From the IMG/VR virus record IMGVR_UViG_3300043394_000609: a stretch of 64,000 nucleotides of DNA. One strand, given 5' to 3'. A program made the position numbers and the translations under genes. Below the pieces are notes generated by a model. It saw nothing but the letters and a program-made list of their open reading frames with translations. It made no database searches and had not been told where the DNA came from. This DNA is from a virus. Its lineage: Duplodnaviria > Caudoviricetes. This document shows positions 48,150 to 57,174 of this stretch, one piece after another. Each line of letters starts with the position of its first letter. Position 1 is the first letter of the stretch.

Positions 48150-50068
48150 TGAGCACTTTAAGAGAGAAAGAAGATAAAGTCAAAAGTAAGTTTAATTCAA
48201 TTAAAGATAATGTAATTGAGAAAAAAGACACTTACGAAAAAAAGTTTACCAAAGGTAAAGACAAAGTAGCTAAGTTTAATGATAAATTAAAAGAGCTAGA
48301 TAGTTCTATGGATGACGTCCAAAAGCAACTAGGTACAACTTTAGATGGCTACGCTTCTGATCTTAAAAACAAATTGCCAAACCCAAGCAACATGTTTGAG
48401 AAATTGGCAACCAACTTAAAAGATATCTTACCACCAAGTAAAGATGGTAAAGAAAGTGTTTTAAGAAAACATACTAGAACCGCAATCCACAAAACGACGG
48501 ATCAAATCAAACCAATTGTTATTTCACATATACAAGATTTATTTTTCACTGGTGACATTGATACATCGTGTGGTGCGGATACATTACTTAAAAATGACAC
48601 ATTTACAATTAAACCAAGTGAATTTGATTTTTTAAATGTTTTAAAAACAGATCCACAAAGTGGGCTCGGTAAAATACTATACGAAAATACCGTGGTTGAT
48701 GAAAAGATTAAAATGAACCGTGGGTTCTATGATGCGTTTTCATCTGAATTCACTTTTACTGGATTAGATGAAACACAATTATTCAAATTAAATTGGAATA
48801 GTGCTCAACAACATTATACAATTAGTGGTTTACAAGGAAATGGTACAGTAACTGTTGATGGTTTCATTAAGTCATATTTTGAATCAATTGAAATGCCAAA
48901 AATAGCGGACATAATGAAAAATACGTTTGCTAATATTGTTCCTGTTGGTGGTATTAATTCAACAAATGGGTCTTATGACGGTAATTTAAATATTCTTAAT
49001 AGAGTTGTTGAAAGCATAATGGGTGACTGTGGGACTCCAGCACCAAATTTAAATCAAAATGCAGTTAATCAATTTAATGAAAATGATATTGATCCATTGA
49101 TATTTTTTGATTTTGATGGTTTGGAAGGGATTTATTTAGATGATGATAAATTCAGATTTGATAAAGTAATGAAATTTTCTGATTGTAATAATTACATGAT
49201 GCCGGTAGATCAAACTATTGTTGAAGATTTTGCTTTCTTATCAAGCACAAAAACAAACATTACGGATTTATATGATAGTGCAATTGCTAAAATAGCTAAA
49301 GACGCCGCAAATAAAAATGGGTCGATTCCGTTTCCACAATTTGCCGCTAATTTAGATTTCAATTCATTATTAGGGTTACCTAAAGCATTATTAGCATCGA
49401 TCTTTTCACCTAAGATTTTTTTCCCATTTGTTGTGTTATGGAAAATGTTTAAATCCGGTTCAGTCAACTTGGTTTTAAGTATTAAAACATTAATGAGAAA
49501 TATTGCGAAAACTTTAGTTAAAATTTTAAAAGAAATATTCAATTTCTTCATGACAACTTTTTGGATATTAGTTAAACCAGAAATCGCAAAAATACTAAAA
49601 GATTTGGTTACTAAAATCATGAAGAAATCTAAACAAAAATATGTTAAAATAGTTAAGATATTAATTGATCTTTTAACGGCATTAATACCATTTATTGGTA
49701 TTGGATGTTGTGATGAACTCTATGATGCCATAATTGCGTTATTTAATCAGTTAAATGTTGGGTTTCAAGGTAAAATACCTGGTTTGTTATTATTAATGGC
49801 AGATAAGTTACCAGGTTTTAGTGAAACAAGAGCAGATATTGAAATTGACCAAGAATTAAGAAGCCGAGGTATTAATACGGGAGATCAATTTGGTCAACCA
49901 TCAAATGTAAAGGATTTCTTTAGTGGTATTGTTTCTGGACATAGTAAGGAATTCTTTGCAAATACAAAAATAAACATCGCGATGAAACCATCGGTAATAC
50001 CAGTTGCACCATTAGGTGGGTCTGGGGTACTATCGCCGGCTAATCAAGGTGTTGGTATTATACAATAA
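48149..50068 (+). CDS. Hypothetical late protein with an N-terminal coiled coil and hydrophobic/amphipathic helices
   Basis: 639-aa ORF; segments such as ALLASIFSPKIFFPFVVLW and ILIDLLTALIPFIGIG. Confidence 0.7.
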   Translation: MSTLREKEDKVKSKFNSIKDNVIEKKDTYEKKFTKGKDKVAKFNDKLKELDSSMDDVQKQLGTTLDGYASDLKNKLPNPSNMFEKLATNLKDILPPSKDGKESVLRKHTRTAIHKTTDQIKPIVISHIQDLFFTGDIDTSCGADTLLKNDTFTIKPSEFDFLNVLKTDPQSGLGKILYENTVVDEKIKMNRGFYDAFSSEFTFTGLDETQLFKLNWNSAQQHYTISGLQGNGTVTVDGFIKSYFESIEMPKIADIMKNTFANIVPVGGINSTNGSYDGNLNILNRVVESIMGDCGTPAPNLNQNAVNQFNENDIDPLIFFDFDGLEGIYLDDDKFRFDKVMKFSDCNNYMMPVDQTIVEDFAFLSSTKTNITDLYDSAIAKIAKDAANKNGSIPFPQFAANLDFNSLLGLPKALLASIFSPKIFFPFVVLWKMFKSGSVNLVLSIKTLMRNIAKTLVKILKEIFNFFMTTFWILVKPEIAKILKDLVTKIMKKSKQKYVKIVKILIDLLTALIPFIGIGCCDELYDAIIALFNQLNVGFQGKIPGLLLLMADKLPGFSETRADIEIDQELRSRGINTGDQFGQPSNVKDFFSGIVSGHSKEFFANTKINIAMKPSVIPVAPLGGSGVLSPANQGVGIIQ

Positions 50069-50070
50069 CA

Positions 50071-50268
50071 ATGGAGAAAGAAGAAATTATTGATTTATCA
50101 AATAATCCACAAGACGCGTCAAATAAAAAACTTATTGATGCTAGGGATACTTTAATTGAGGAGTTTAATAACACCAAAGATATTATCATTAATCTAACCA
50201 GACATTTAGATGGTGTTGAATCATTATATAATAAAATCAATAACGAAATAGAAAAAAGAGTTAAATAA
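50071..50268 (+). CDS. Small coiled-coil protein
   Basis: 65-aa ORF coupled (TAATG) to the next gene. Confidence 0.65.
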   Translation: MEKEEIIDLSNNPQDASNKKLIDARDTLIEEFNNTKDIIINLTRHLDGVESLYNKINNEIEKRVK

Positions 50269-51749
50269 TGCAAATAATTAGTATTGGGGTTGTTGTTGAT
50301 ATAAATGATCCAAGAGGTTTTGGTAGAATTAGAGCTAGGGACATTACGGAAACCGATAGTGCAAGAGCCGATGCAATTGCTAATTGGGAAAAATGGTCTA
50401 AAAATGACCCATTTGTTTATACCCCATTCTTACCTAACCATATTAACATTATACCACAGGTACAACAATCGGTAAAACTAATTCGTTATGATAATGAAAA
50501 GGACCTTCAAAACCAAGAATATGTTCCTGGACCATATACTACGCCACATGATTTCTTGGGACAAGATCAGGAATCACAGTTAACTGAAACAACTTTTGGT
50601 GCTAGATCTAAAAAAACACCAGCAATCAAATCATTTGGAACAAATCAGAAAGTTTATGATGATAATTACATAAGATCAGAATCGGTAGCAACATTACCAA
50701 AGTTAAATGATATCGCATTAAGTGGTAACTATGGATCGGATTTAATTTTAACAGAACAGGGATTACAATTAAGAGCTGGTAAATTTATTGACAAATTCAC
50801 CAATAATCCAAAATTAAAAGAAGATTTAAAACACTACCCAACGTTATCTAAAAAACAAGCTAAAGTTTCTTTGAAGAAATTCCCAGAAACATTGAAACTT
50901 GATTATAAAGAAATTGAAGATTCTGTTATTGTTCGCGGCGATATCATGCACGTTTTCGAATATGACGTAGACGATATTACAAACCCACAAACATTAACAT
51001 TTAAAATAACAAAGATCAATAGACCAGAAGGTGATAATTATAAAACCGATATTTTTAACGTTAACACTGAAATATCAGATACGGTATCGACTGTTATTTA
51101 TGAAACACCAATTACATTGTCTAGTGATAATAAAATAAAAGAAGCGTATATTTTAATCAGGGATGCTATTTCAACACTAGATCGTGAAAAAATGAGTACA
51201 TTTAGTAAGACATTACCGGATGTTGAATCTCACCCATTTTATTTTAGACCATCAAAAAATATTAGGTCATATAACGAATCGTCATCATTCTTACAAAATA
51301 TCAATTATTTAGATAGAACAAATGGTTATGGTTTGGTTTTTTCTAAAAACTCATTAGAACCTGAAGTTAAACCTGAAATTAGAAAGGTGCCATATCTTAA
51401 AAAATTAAGTGATGTTGACCAAACATTTGCTGCTGTTACGTCTGATTTCATATTCAACATATCAACACAAGAACCTGGAATTGACGGTAAAAAAGTAAAT
51501 TTCACGGCACTTGACAAATACGAATTTACACAAGAAGATTACATAATGAGAATTTTACCAAATACTTTCTCATCAGTACGTGGTGAAAAATTAATTGATT
51601 TATTAGAATTAATGGCTGCAATGCTATTAAATCACACCCATGGTATTGCAACACCACCAAATTACTGGGAAGCTAGTAAAACAAGGATTGAGAAGTTAAT
51701 TAATTCGGCTAGAACTGAAATGTTAAACAGGTCGGTCAGAATCAATTAA
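50268..51749 (+). CDS. Baseplate central spike protein (gp5/gpV-like OB fold)
   Basis: GVVVDINDPRGFGRIRAR OB-fold start; C-terminal VRGEKL..LNHTH (HxH) motif. Confidence 0.7.
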   Translation: MQIISIGVVVDINDPRGFGRIRARDITETDSARADAIANWEKWSKNDPFVYTPFLPNHINIIPQVQQSVKLIRYDNEKDLQNQEYVPGPYTTPHDFLGQDQESQLTETTFGARSKKTPAIKSFGTNQKVYDDNYIRSESVATLPKLNDIALSGNYGSDLILTEQGLQLRAGKFIDKFTNNPKLKEDLKHYPTLSKKQAKVSLKKFPETLKLDYKEIEDSVIVRGDIMHVFEYDVDDITNPQTLTFKITKINRPEGDNYKTDIFNVNTEISDTVSTVIYETPITLSSDNKIKEAYILIRDAISTLDREKMSTFSKTLPDVESHPFYFRPSKNIRSYNESSSFLQNINYLDRTNGYGLVFSKNSLEPEVKPEIRKVPYLKKLSDVDQTFAAVTSDFIFNISTQEPGIDGKKVNFTALDKYEFTQEDYIMRILPNTFSSVRGEKLIDLLELMAAMLLNHTHGIATPPNYWEASKTRIEKLINSARTEMLNRSVRIN

Positions 51750-51754
51750 TATGA

Positions 51755-51762
51755 TATTTATT
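51755..51762 (+). promoter_or_regulatory. Putative late promoter TATTTATT
   Basis: GATATTTATT 10 nt upstream of the ATG at 51773. Confidence 0.6.
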
Positions 51763-51772
51763 AAATAAAAAG

Positions 51773-53143
51773 ATGTCATATTTCCGTTCATATTTTGAGA
51801 AGAACAATACAATTTTAAAACAGTCTCAGGTTAATACAGCAAAAAACCCTAATACTGAATTAATTTATGGTTCAACATTTTCTAAATTCATTTTTAAAGT
51901 TGACTTTAGTGATTTAAAATCAAAGGTTGATAATGGTGATTTAATTGTTGATTCCAACACTAAACATTACTTAAAGATGACCAACACCATATTTGGTGAT
52001 GAATCATTAAAAAGACAAAAAAACGGTAAAGGTCGAGATAGAACCTCATCATTCGATCTTATTGTGTTTAAAGTTACCGAATTTTGGGACGAGGGAGTTG
52101 GTTACGATTATGAAGATGAGGTTTATGATTTCACTAGTGGTAATAATACATTTAACGAAAGACCTTCTAACTGGTTTAATCGAACTACATTAGATGCTTG
52201 GGCTAGTTCTGGTATTTATAGCAATTCACCAATTATATTAGACACTGTTCATTTTGATAATGGTAATGAAGACTTAGTTGCAGATATAACAGATTATGTT
52301 AATTCAATTTTATCCGGAGCAACTAATCATGGTTTAGGGATTGCGTTTGCCCCTTTATATGAAAATATAACAAGTGAGGTCGATCAATCGGTTGCGTTTT
52401 TCACAAAATACACACAAACATTTTTCGAACCTTTTGTTGAATCAGTTTTTGATGATACAATTCTTGATAATAGACAAAATTTCACAGCTGAAATGGGACA
52501 ATCATTATATCTATACGTAACCAAAGGTTCAAACTTTTACGATTTAGACGAACTACCAACAGTTGATATCACAGATTCATCTGGAAACCTTATTGGCGAT
52601 TTAAATGACATTACAGCGACTAAAATACGTAAAGGGGTATACTCGGTTAATTTTGGATTAACAGGGGCTGTATGTGACGGAAAACGCTTCTATTATGATA
52701 AATGGAAAGGATTATCATTAAATAATATAACAATACCGGATGTTACTCAGAAATTTGTTCCAAAACCATATACTAGCAATTTCACTATTGGTGAAAACGT
52801 AAAAGAATTAGATAGATATGCAATTCAATTTTTTGGTGTTAAATTAAATGAAAAAATTAAACGAGGTGAAGCTAGAAAAATTGTGGTTTCTTTTAGATCA
52901 ATTAATAACCCAAGAACAGAATTATTTGAAGAGGTATATTATAGAATCTACATTAAAGAAGGTTTGACTAACGTAAATGTATTTGATTGGACTAAATTAG
53001 ATGTGACAAATGAAAACTCATTTATGCTTAATACAGAATACTTAATCCCTAGAGAATATTTTATTGAGATTAAAGGGAAATCTCACGGTGAAGAAATATT
53101 CTATAATGACGTAATAAAATTTGAAATATTGTCTGAAAAATAA
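51773..53143 (+). CDS. Virion structural protein with a DNRLRE/CBM96-like N-terminal domain and Ig-like C-terminal domains
   Basis: WDEG.G, NWFNR..W, DITDYVN..NHGL and FFTKYT..P pattern. Confidence 0.55.
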   Translation: MSYFRSYFEKNNTILKQSQVNTAKNPNTELIYGSTFSKFIFKVDFSDLKSKVDNGDLIVDSNTKHYLKMTNTIFGDESLKRQKNGKGRDRTSSFDLIVFKVTEFWDEGVGYDYEDEVYDFTSGNNTFNERPSNWFNRTTLDAWASSGIYSNSPIILDTVHFDNGNEDLVADITDYVNSILSGATNHGLGIAFAPLYENITSEVDQSVAFFTKYTQTFFEPFVESVFDDTILDNRQNFTAEMGQSLYLYVTKGSNFYDLDELPTVDITDSSGNLIGDLNDITATKIRKGVYSVNFGLTGAVCDGKRFYYDKWKGLSLNNITIPDVTQKFVPKPYTSNFTIGENVKELDRYAIQFFGVKLNEKIKRGEARKIVVSFRSINNPRTELFEEVYYRIYIKEGLTNVNVFDWTKLDVTNENSFMLNTEYLIPREYFIEIKGKSHGEEIFYNDVIKFEILSEK

Positions 53144-53146
53144 TTA

Positions 53147-53154
53147 TATTTATT
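53147..53154 (+). promoter_or_regulatory. Putative late promoter TATTTATT
   Basis: 3 nt upstream of the ATG at 53158. Confidence 0.6.
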
Positions 53155-53157
53155 AAT

Positions 53158-53682
53158 ATGAAACTAGAAGAAATTATAAAAAAAGGTCTAAGACAAATTG
53201 TTTTAGAAAATGAAAAAACAGAAAACTACATGTTTTTTAGTAATTTAAAACAAATACATAGACAATGTGAAATGTTATTAAAAATGGACCCTAATAAATT
53301 AGATTCTATTATTAAAAATGGTCATGATTGGGCAGATGATCATGTATCTGAAGCAAAAAATAATATGGACCAAGTATTTGATTTCTTCATGAACGAAACT
53401 AAGCCAGATGTTAATATGGTACAAAGTAATGATTTAAACGAATCATCAGCATCAGCTAAACAAGCAGCTATCGCAATTAACATGAAAAAAAAGGGTATAA
53501 CCCCCAAAGATTCAAAAGAAGAAATTGACGAAAGTAAAAATTGCCCTACCGACCCAGCAAAATGGGCAGCATCTAAAGCTAAAGCTAAAAGAAAATTTGA
53601 CGTCTACCCTTCCGCTTACGCAAATGGGTTCGCGGCAAAAGATTATAAAGCTAAAGGTGGTGGTTGGAAAAAATGTAAATAA
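53158..53682 (+). CDS. Modular probable head-internal protein with a basic C-terminal module (KFDVYPSAYANG..YKAKGG)
   Basis: Modules separated by VLE/LNE/IDE motifs. Confidence 0.7.
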   Translation: MKLEEIIKKGLRQIVLENEKTENYMFFSNLKQIHRQCEMLLKMDPNKLDSIIKNGHDWADDHVSEAKNNMDQVFDFFMNETKPDVNMVQSNDLNESSASAKQAAIAINMKKKGITPKDSKEEIDESKNCPTDPAKWAASKAKAKRKFDVYPSAYANGFAAKDYKAKGGGWKKCK

Positions 53683-53683
53683 C

Positions 53684-54550
53684 ATGAAAATTATAATATC
53701 AAAAGAAGATAAAAAATATATTGAAGAGTCTATTAAATCTGGTGAAGTTTTAAAAGAAGATCTTAGAAGATGGTTTAAAGAAAAGTGGGTAGATGTTTCT
53801 AAGAAAGTAGATGGTAAACATCCACCATGTGGTAGAAAAGATGCCGATGGTAAATCATATCCAAAATGTCGACCATCTAAAAAAGTTTCAAAAGAAACGC
53901 CTAAAATATCTTCTTCCTATGATAAGAAAGAAAAAAAATCAATGACTTCTCAAAAAAGAAGAGCAGAAAAAAAAGAACCTAAATCAGGTAAAGGTAACAA
54001 ACCAACAATGACTTACTTTGATGAAAATAAAATCAATGACACTAAAATAGTTTGTAAAAATTGTAATTGGTCTTGGAAATTATCTGATGGTGGAAATGAC
54101 CCTTATATCTGCCATAAATGTGGACATAATAACGAAACTATGAAAGAATCAACTAAAAAAACAATTATTATATCTGAATCTCAATTTGATAGATTATTCA
54201 AATATAACGAAGAAACCCCGGTAATGGTTTATGAAGATGAGTTTGGTTCAGTTCAAATGACTAATTATGTTGTTGACAATGTACTTAATGAAGCTGAATA
54301 TCAAGGTCGTAAAGTTCAACTTGGTAAAATTATGCAAGGTGACATTAAGAAATTTAAAGTTTATGTTAAAAACGATAAAGGTAAAGTTGTTAAAGTAAAC
54401 TTTGGTTTTGGTGGTAAATCAGCCAAAGGTAAACGAATGGTGATTAAAAAAAATAACCCGGCTAGACGTAAATCATTTAGAGCACGTATGAACTGTGATA
54501 ATCCCGGCCCAAGATGGAAACCTAGATATTGGGCGTGTAAAACTTGGTAA
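53684..54550 (+). CDS. Modular basic protein (RWFKEKWVDV..CGR..YPKCRP; CxxC..CxxC; RRKSFRAR..RYWAC modules)
   Basis: Start placed at ATG 53684; highly Lys/Arg-rich modules and a small Zn-ribbon-like motif. Confidence 0.7.
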   Translation: MKIIISKEDKKYIEESIKSGEVLKEDLRRWFKEKWVDVSKKVDGKHPPCGRKDADGKSYPKCRPSKKVSKETPKISSSYDKKEKKSMTSQKRRAEKKEPKSGKGNKPTMTYFDENKINDTKIVCKNCNWSWKLSDGGNDPYICHKCGHNNETMKESTKKTIIISESQFDRLFKYNEETPVMVYEDEFGSVQMTNYVVDNVLNEAEYQGRKVQLGKIMQGDIKKFKVYVKNDKGKVVKVNFGFGGKSAKGKRMVIKKNNPARRKSFRARMNCDNPGPRWKPRYWACKTW

Positions 54551-54551
54551 T

Positions 54552-55025
54552 ATGAAATTTTTAGATATACTACTAGAACGTTATGAAGATGATTATGGAT
54601 ATAGAGATGAATCTTTAGATAACAGAGATCGTAAGTTCGTTTGTTATACATCTGGTGAATACACTATTGTAAATGATCCGACAACAAATACCATTTATGG
54701 GGTCAGAACAGAAAATATTGATAGTGACTATGAATATGGTGCTTATGAATGGGAATCTGAAGAAGATTATGATAGAGATGATGAGGGTTATTCTTCAATA
54801 ACAACGAACCATTTTAAAGAATTCAACGATACTGAATTAGATCCGGAAGGCATTGCATTTTTTGTTGAAGATTCTTTAGAAGATTGTACTGACGATCTGG
54901 ATAAATTTGAAAATGGAAACAATGACATTGTTAGATTAACAAAAGAAAACAAAAAAGCATTTTATGAATTTTTTCATGATGAAATACATGATTATATAGA
55001 TTCATCAAATCAGAAAAATGGTTAG
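54552..55025 (+). CDS. Very acidic protein with an MKFLDILLE leader
   Basis: Start placed at ATG 54552; Asp/Glu/Tyr-rich. Confidence 0.65.
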   Translation: MKFLDILLERYEDDYGYRDESLDNRDRKFVCYTSGEYTIVNDPTTNTIYGVRTENIDSDYEYGAYEWESEEDYDRDDEGYSSITTNHFKEFNDTELDPEGIAFFVEDSLEDCTDDLDKFENGNNDIVRLTKENKKAFYEFFHDEIHDYIDSSNQKNG

Positions 55026-55333
55026 ATAAATTTTTGTTTAACCCAATACTCAACACGGAAGTTACAATACCTATTAAGGTTTTTAGCTTCCTTTTTTTCT
55101 ATCATCTTACTAACTTGCATTAAATGATCTCTATTTTTAATGTCTATTCCAACAATATATCCAGTGCCATCTTTTATATATGTTGTTTCTCGAATATATT
55201 TACCACTATCGTCTAATTTAAGGTAACTAATGATCTCATTTTGTCTTGGTTTACACTCAATCCCCCTATCGTCCATTAGTCTTAATAGAACGTCTAAACG
55301 TAATTTTTCATATATGATTTCTTTTTCTGCCAT
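55022..55333 (-). CDS. Small protein with a SAP/HeH-like N-terminal motif
   Basis: YEKLRLDVLLRLMDDRGIECKPRQNEIISYL fits the SAP pattern; has its own host-type promoter. Confidence 0.55.
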   Translation of the reverse strand: MAEKEIIYEKLRLDVLLRLMDDRGIECKPRQNEIISYLKLDDSGKYIRETTYIKDGTGYIVGIDIKNRDHLMQVSKMIEKKEAKNLNRYCNFRVEYWVKQKFI

Positions 55334-55337
55334 GTTG

Positions 55338-55368
55338 CAAATATAATTATTTTTTTATTTTATACAAA
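55338..55368 (-). promoter_or_regulatory. Bacteroidota primary-sigma promoter TTTG-N19-TATATTTG
   Basis: Exact match to the -33/-7 consensus, 4 nt before the ATG. Confidence 0.7.
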
Positions 55369-55371
55369 AAC

Positions 55372-55397
55372 AAAAAACCCCAGATTTCTCTGGGGTT
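55372..55397 (-). terminator. Intrinsic terminator after the major capsid gene
   Basis: AACCCCAGA-GAAA-TCTGGGGTT followed by a T run. Confidence 0.85.
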
Positions 55398-55419
55398 CTT
55401 TTATTACCGATAATTAAGA

Positions 55420-57138
55420 TTATCTTAATGTATCCAAACCAAATGTAGTAAGACCTTTTACAGTGATAGTTGCGAAGTAACGGTTGTTTACCATTTTCTT
55501 TGCGTATCTTGTCATGATACCTTTGATTGGAGTCATGTTGAAAGGGTTATACATTGTTGGAGTCAATTGTAAAGGTACATATGGTGCGTAGATATAACCA
55601 GCGTCCAATAATGATTTACCTTTGTGTCCAATTAACACTTTTCCAGCTGGGAAGTAAGGATCACGATATACTTGATATCTTCCAGCAAGTGTACCAATTT
55701 TCTCGATACCCATGTTGTATGAATCTTGTTCAGCACCAGCGTTAGATACGTGGAAGTACTCTAAGTCATCGAATACTGCAGAAACTTCTGAAGAAACAAC
55801 GATCCAGTTAGCACCACCTCTTAATGTAGTTTTGTGGATTTGTGCAGACAATTGGTTGATTTTAGTAACCAATGTTTGGTTCCAGTCTTTTTGAGTATAC
55901 CCAACGAATGAAGCACCTTGATTACCATATTTCCACTCATTGTAATCCCATTTAAGATTCCAAGCAGCACCTTTACGTAAGTCACGTAAAATCTCACGGT
56001 CAATCTCTGCAGCAACTTGCTCAGATAATAAAGCTGTTAATTCAGCTTCAGCATCGATGTTGTGGAATGCAGAAACGTCTTGAGCTAATTCAGGAGACCA
56101 GCTAGCTCTTAATTTTCTTTCAGTTACAGAAACAGTAACAGAAGCTAAGTCGAAAGAAACCTCACCGATTTCGTCTTCAAACTCTAAATCTTCGTATACT
56201 CTGTAAGTTACTGCTAAATCGTCAGCTGTAAAACCAGTTGGGATTTCGAAATCAGCAAATCCAGAAGTTGAAGAGTAAGATTGCATATCTACACGTAAGT
56301 ATAAAACACCATCTTCATCACAGATATCTGTGTATTTACCACCTGGTCCTGTAGCAGGGAAAGTAGTAGTAGCTTTAGCTCCGTATTCAACAATACCTTT
56401 ACCGTATTTTTGAGTTACGATTGTAAAGTCACGTGCAATACCAGCGTAAGAAACTGCTAAAGAAGCTAAGAACTCTTCAGTATCCATTTCATTACCGTTT
56501 GGTCCGATTAATTTACCTTGACCATTTTTAGTGAAACCAGATACTTTCAAGATTACTTCTGAAATATCATCATCACCATTTGAATAAGTTACTGTTTCAA
56601 CAGAACCATTCGAGAATGCAACGAATGCTGCACCAGCTTTAGTAACTCCACTGTAAGCACCTTTTGAGTAATCAAAGATACCTTGGTCAGCAGCGTCAGA
56701 ACCTTCGTAGAATCTGTCATAAAGACTTCTTCCGTCAAATCCGTTGTTAGTTGTGTCTCCGTTTGGTGAACCGTAAGGAGTGTAGTGATTACCACTGTTT
56801 CTATCTTGGATTTTAGGTATGAAGTAGAACAATTTACCGATAGGTAAGTTCATTGCTTGTACAGATACGATGTCGTTAGCTAATAATTTAGAGAAAACAC
56901 GACGGATGATTGGGAAAACAACAGTCTCGAAAGAACCAGATGCATCAGCTACTGCTGCTTCATTGATTAAGTAAGACGCTTGGTTTTCATACAATTGCGC
57001 GATGTTATCTTTTTGGTGACCGTCAAGGTTTTCTAAGAAACCTAAGTCATCCCATTTTTTGATGGTATCTTCTTTGATAACTCTAAGGTGTTTTAACCCG
57101 ATGTTACCTACCATACCTGATTCTAATAATGCTCCCAT
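55420..57138 (-). CDS. gp23: Major capsid protein (T4 gp23-like)
   Basis: PIIRRVF..LAND.VSVQAM, RKLRASWSPELAQD, DAEAELT.LLSE..EIDREI, YAPYVPL and GIMTRYA motifs. Confidence 0.95.
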   Translation of the reverse strand: MGALLESGMVGNIGLKHLRVIKEDTIKKWDDLGFLENLDGHQKDNIAQLYENQASYLINEAAVADASGSFETVVFPIIRRVFSKLLANDIVSVQAMNLPIGKLFYFIPKIQDRNSGNHYTPYGSPNGDTTNNGFDGRSLYDRFYEGSDAADQGIFDYSKGAYSGVTKAGAAFVAFSNGSVETVTYSNGDDDISEVILKVSGFTKNGQGKLIGPNGNEMDTEEFLASLAVSYAGIARDFTIVTQKYGKGIVEYGAKATTTFPATGPGGKYTDICDEDGVLYLRVDMQSYSSTSGFADFEIPTGFTADDLAVTYRVYEDLEFEDEIGEVSFDLASVTVSVTERKLRASWSPELAQDVSAFHNIDAEAELTALLSEQVAAEIDREILRDLRKGAAWNLKWDYNEWKYGNQGASFVGYTQKDWNQTLVTKINQLSAQIHKTTLRGGANWIVVSSEVSAVFDDLEYFHVSNAGAEQDSYNMGIEKIGTLAGRYQVYRDPYFPAGKVLIGHKGKSLLDAGYIYAPYVPLQLTPTMYNPFNMTPIKGIMTRYAKKMVNNRYFATITVKGLTTFGLDTLR

Positions 57139-57174
57139 TTTTGAATATTTGTTTTTTGGTTTTTGTTTTATTTA

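Noticed and set aside
53660-53690. Frameshift fusion of 53158-53682 with the next ORF at GGAAAAAAT
   Set aside because: A good ATG lies 1 nt after the stop, so ordinary coupled re-initiation explains the arrangement
22873-54551. Upstream start codons in the ORF track (22873, 37290, 39184, 40206, 42052, 42893, 53525, 54495)
   Set aside because: They overlap promoters or upstream genes; downstream ATGs fit the operon spacing better
29220-55333. Eukaryotic virus or contamination suggested by ubiquitin-, SPRY- and SAP-like sequences
   Set aside because: These genes sit inside a coherent T4-like myophage gene set with bacterial promoters, terminators and translational coupling
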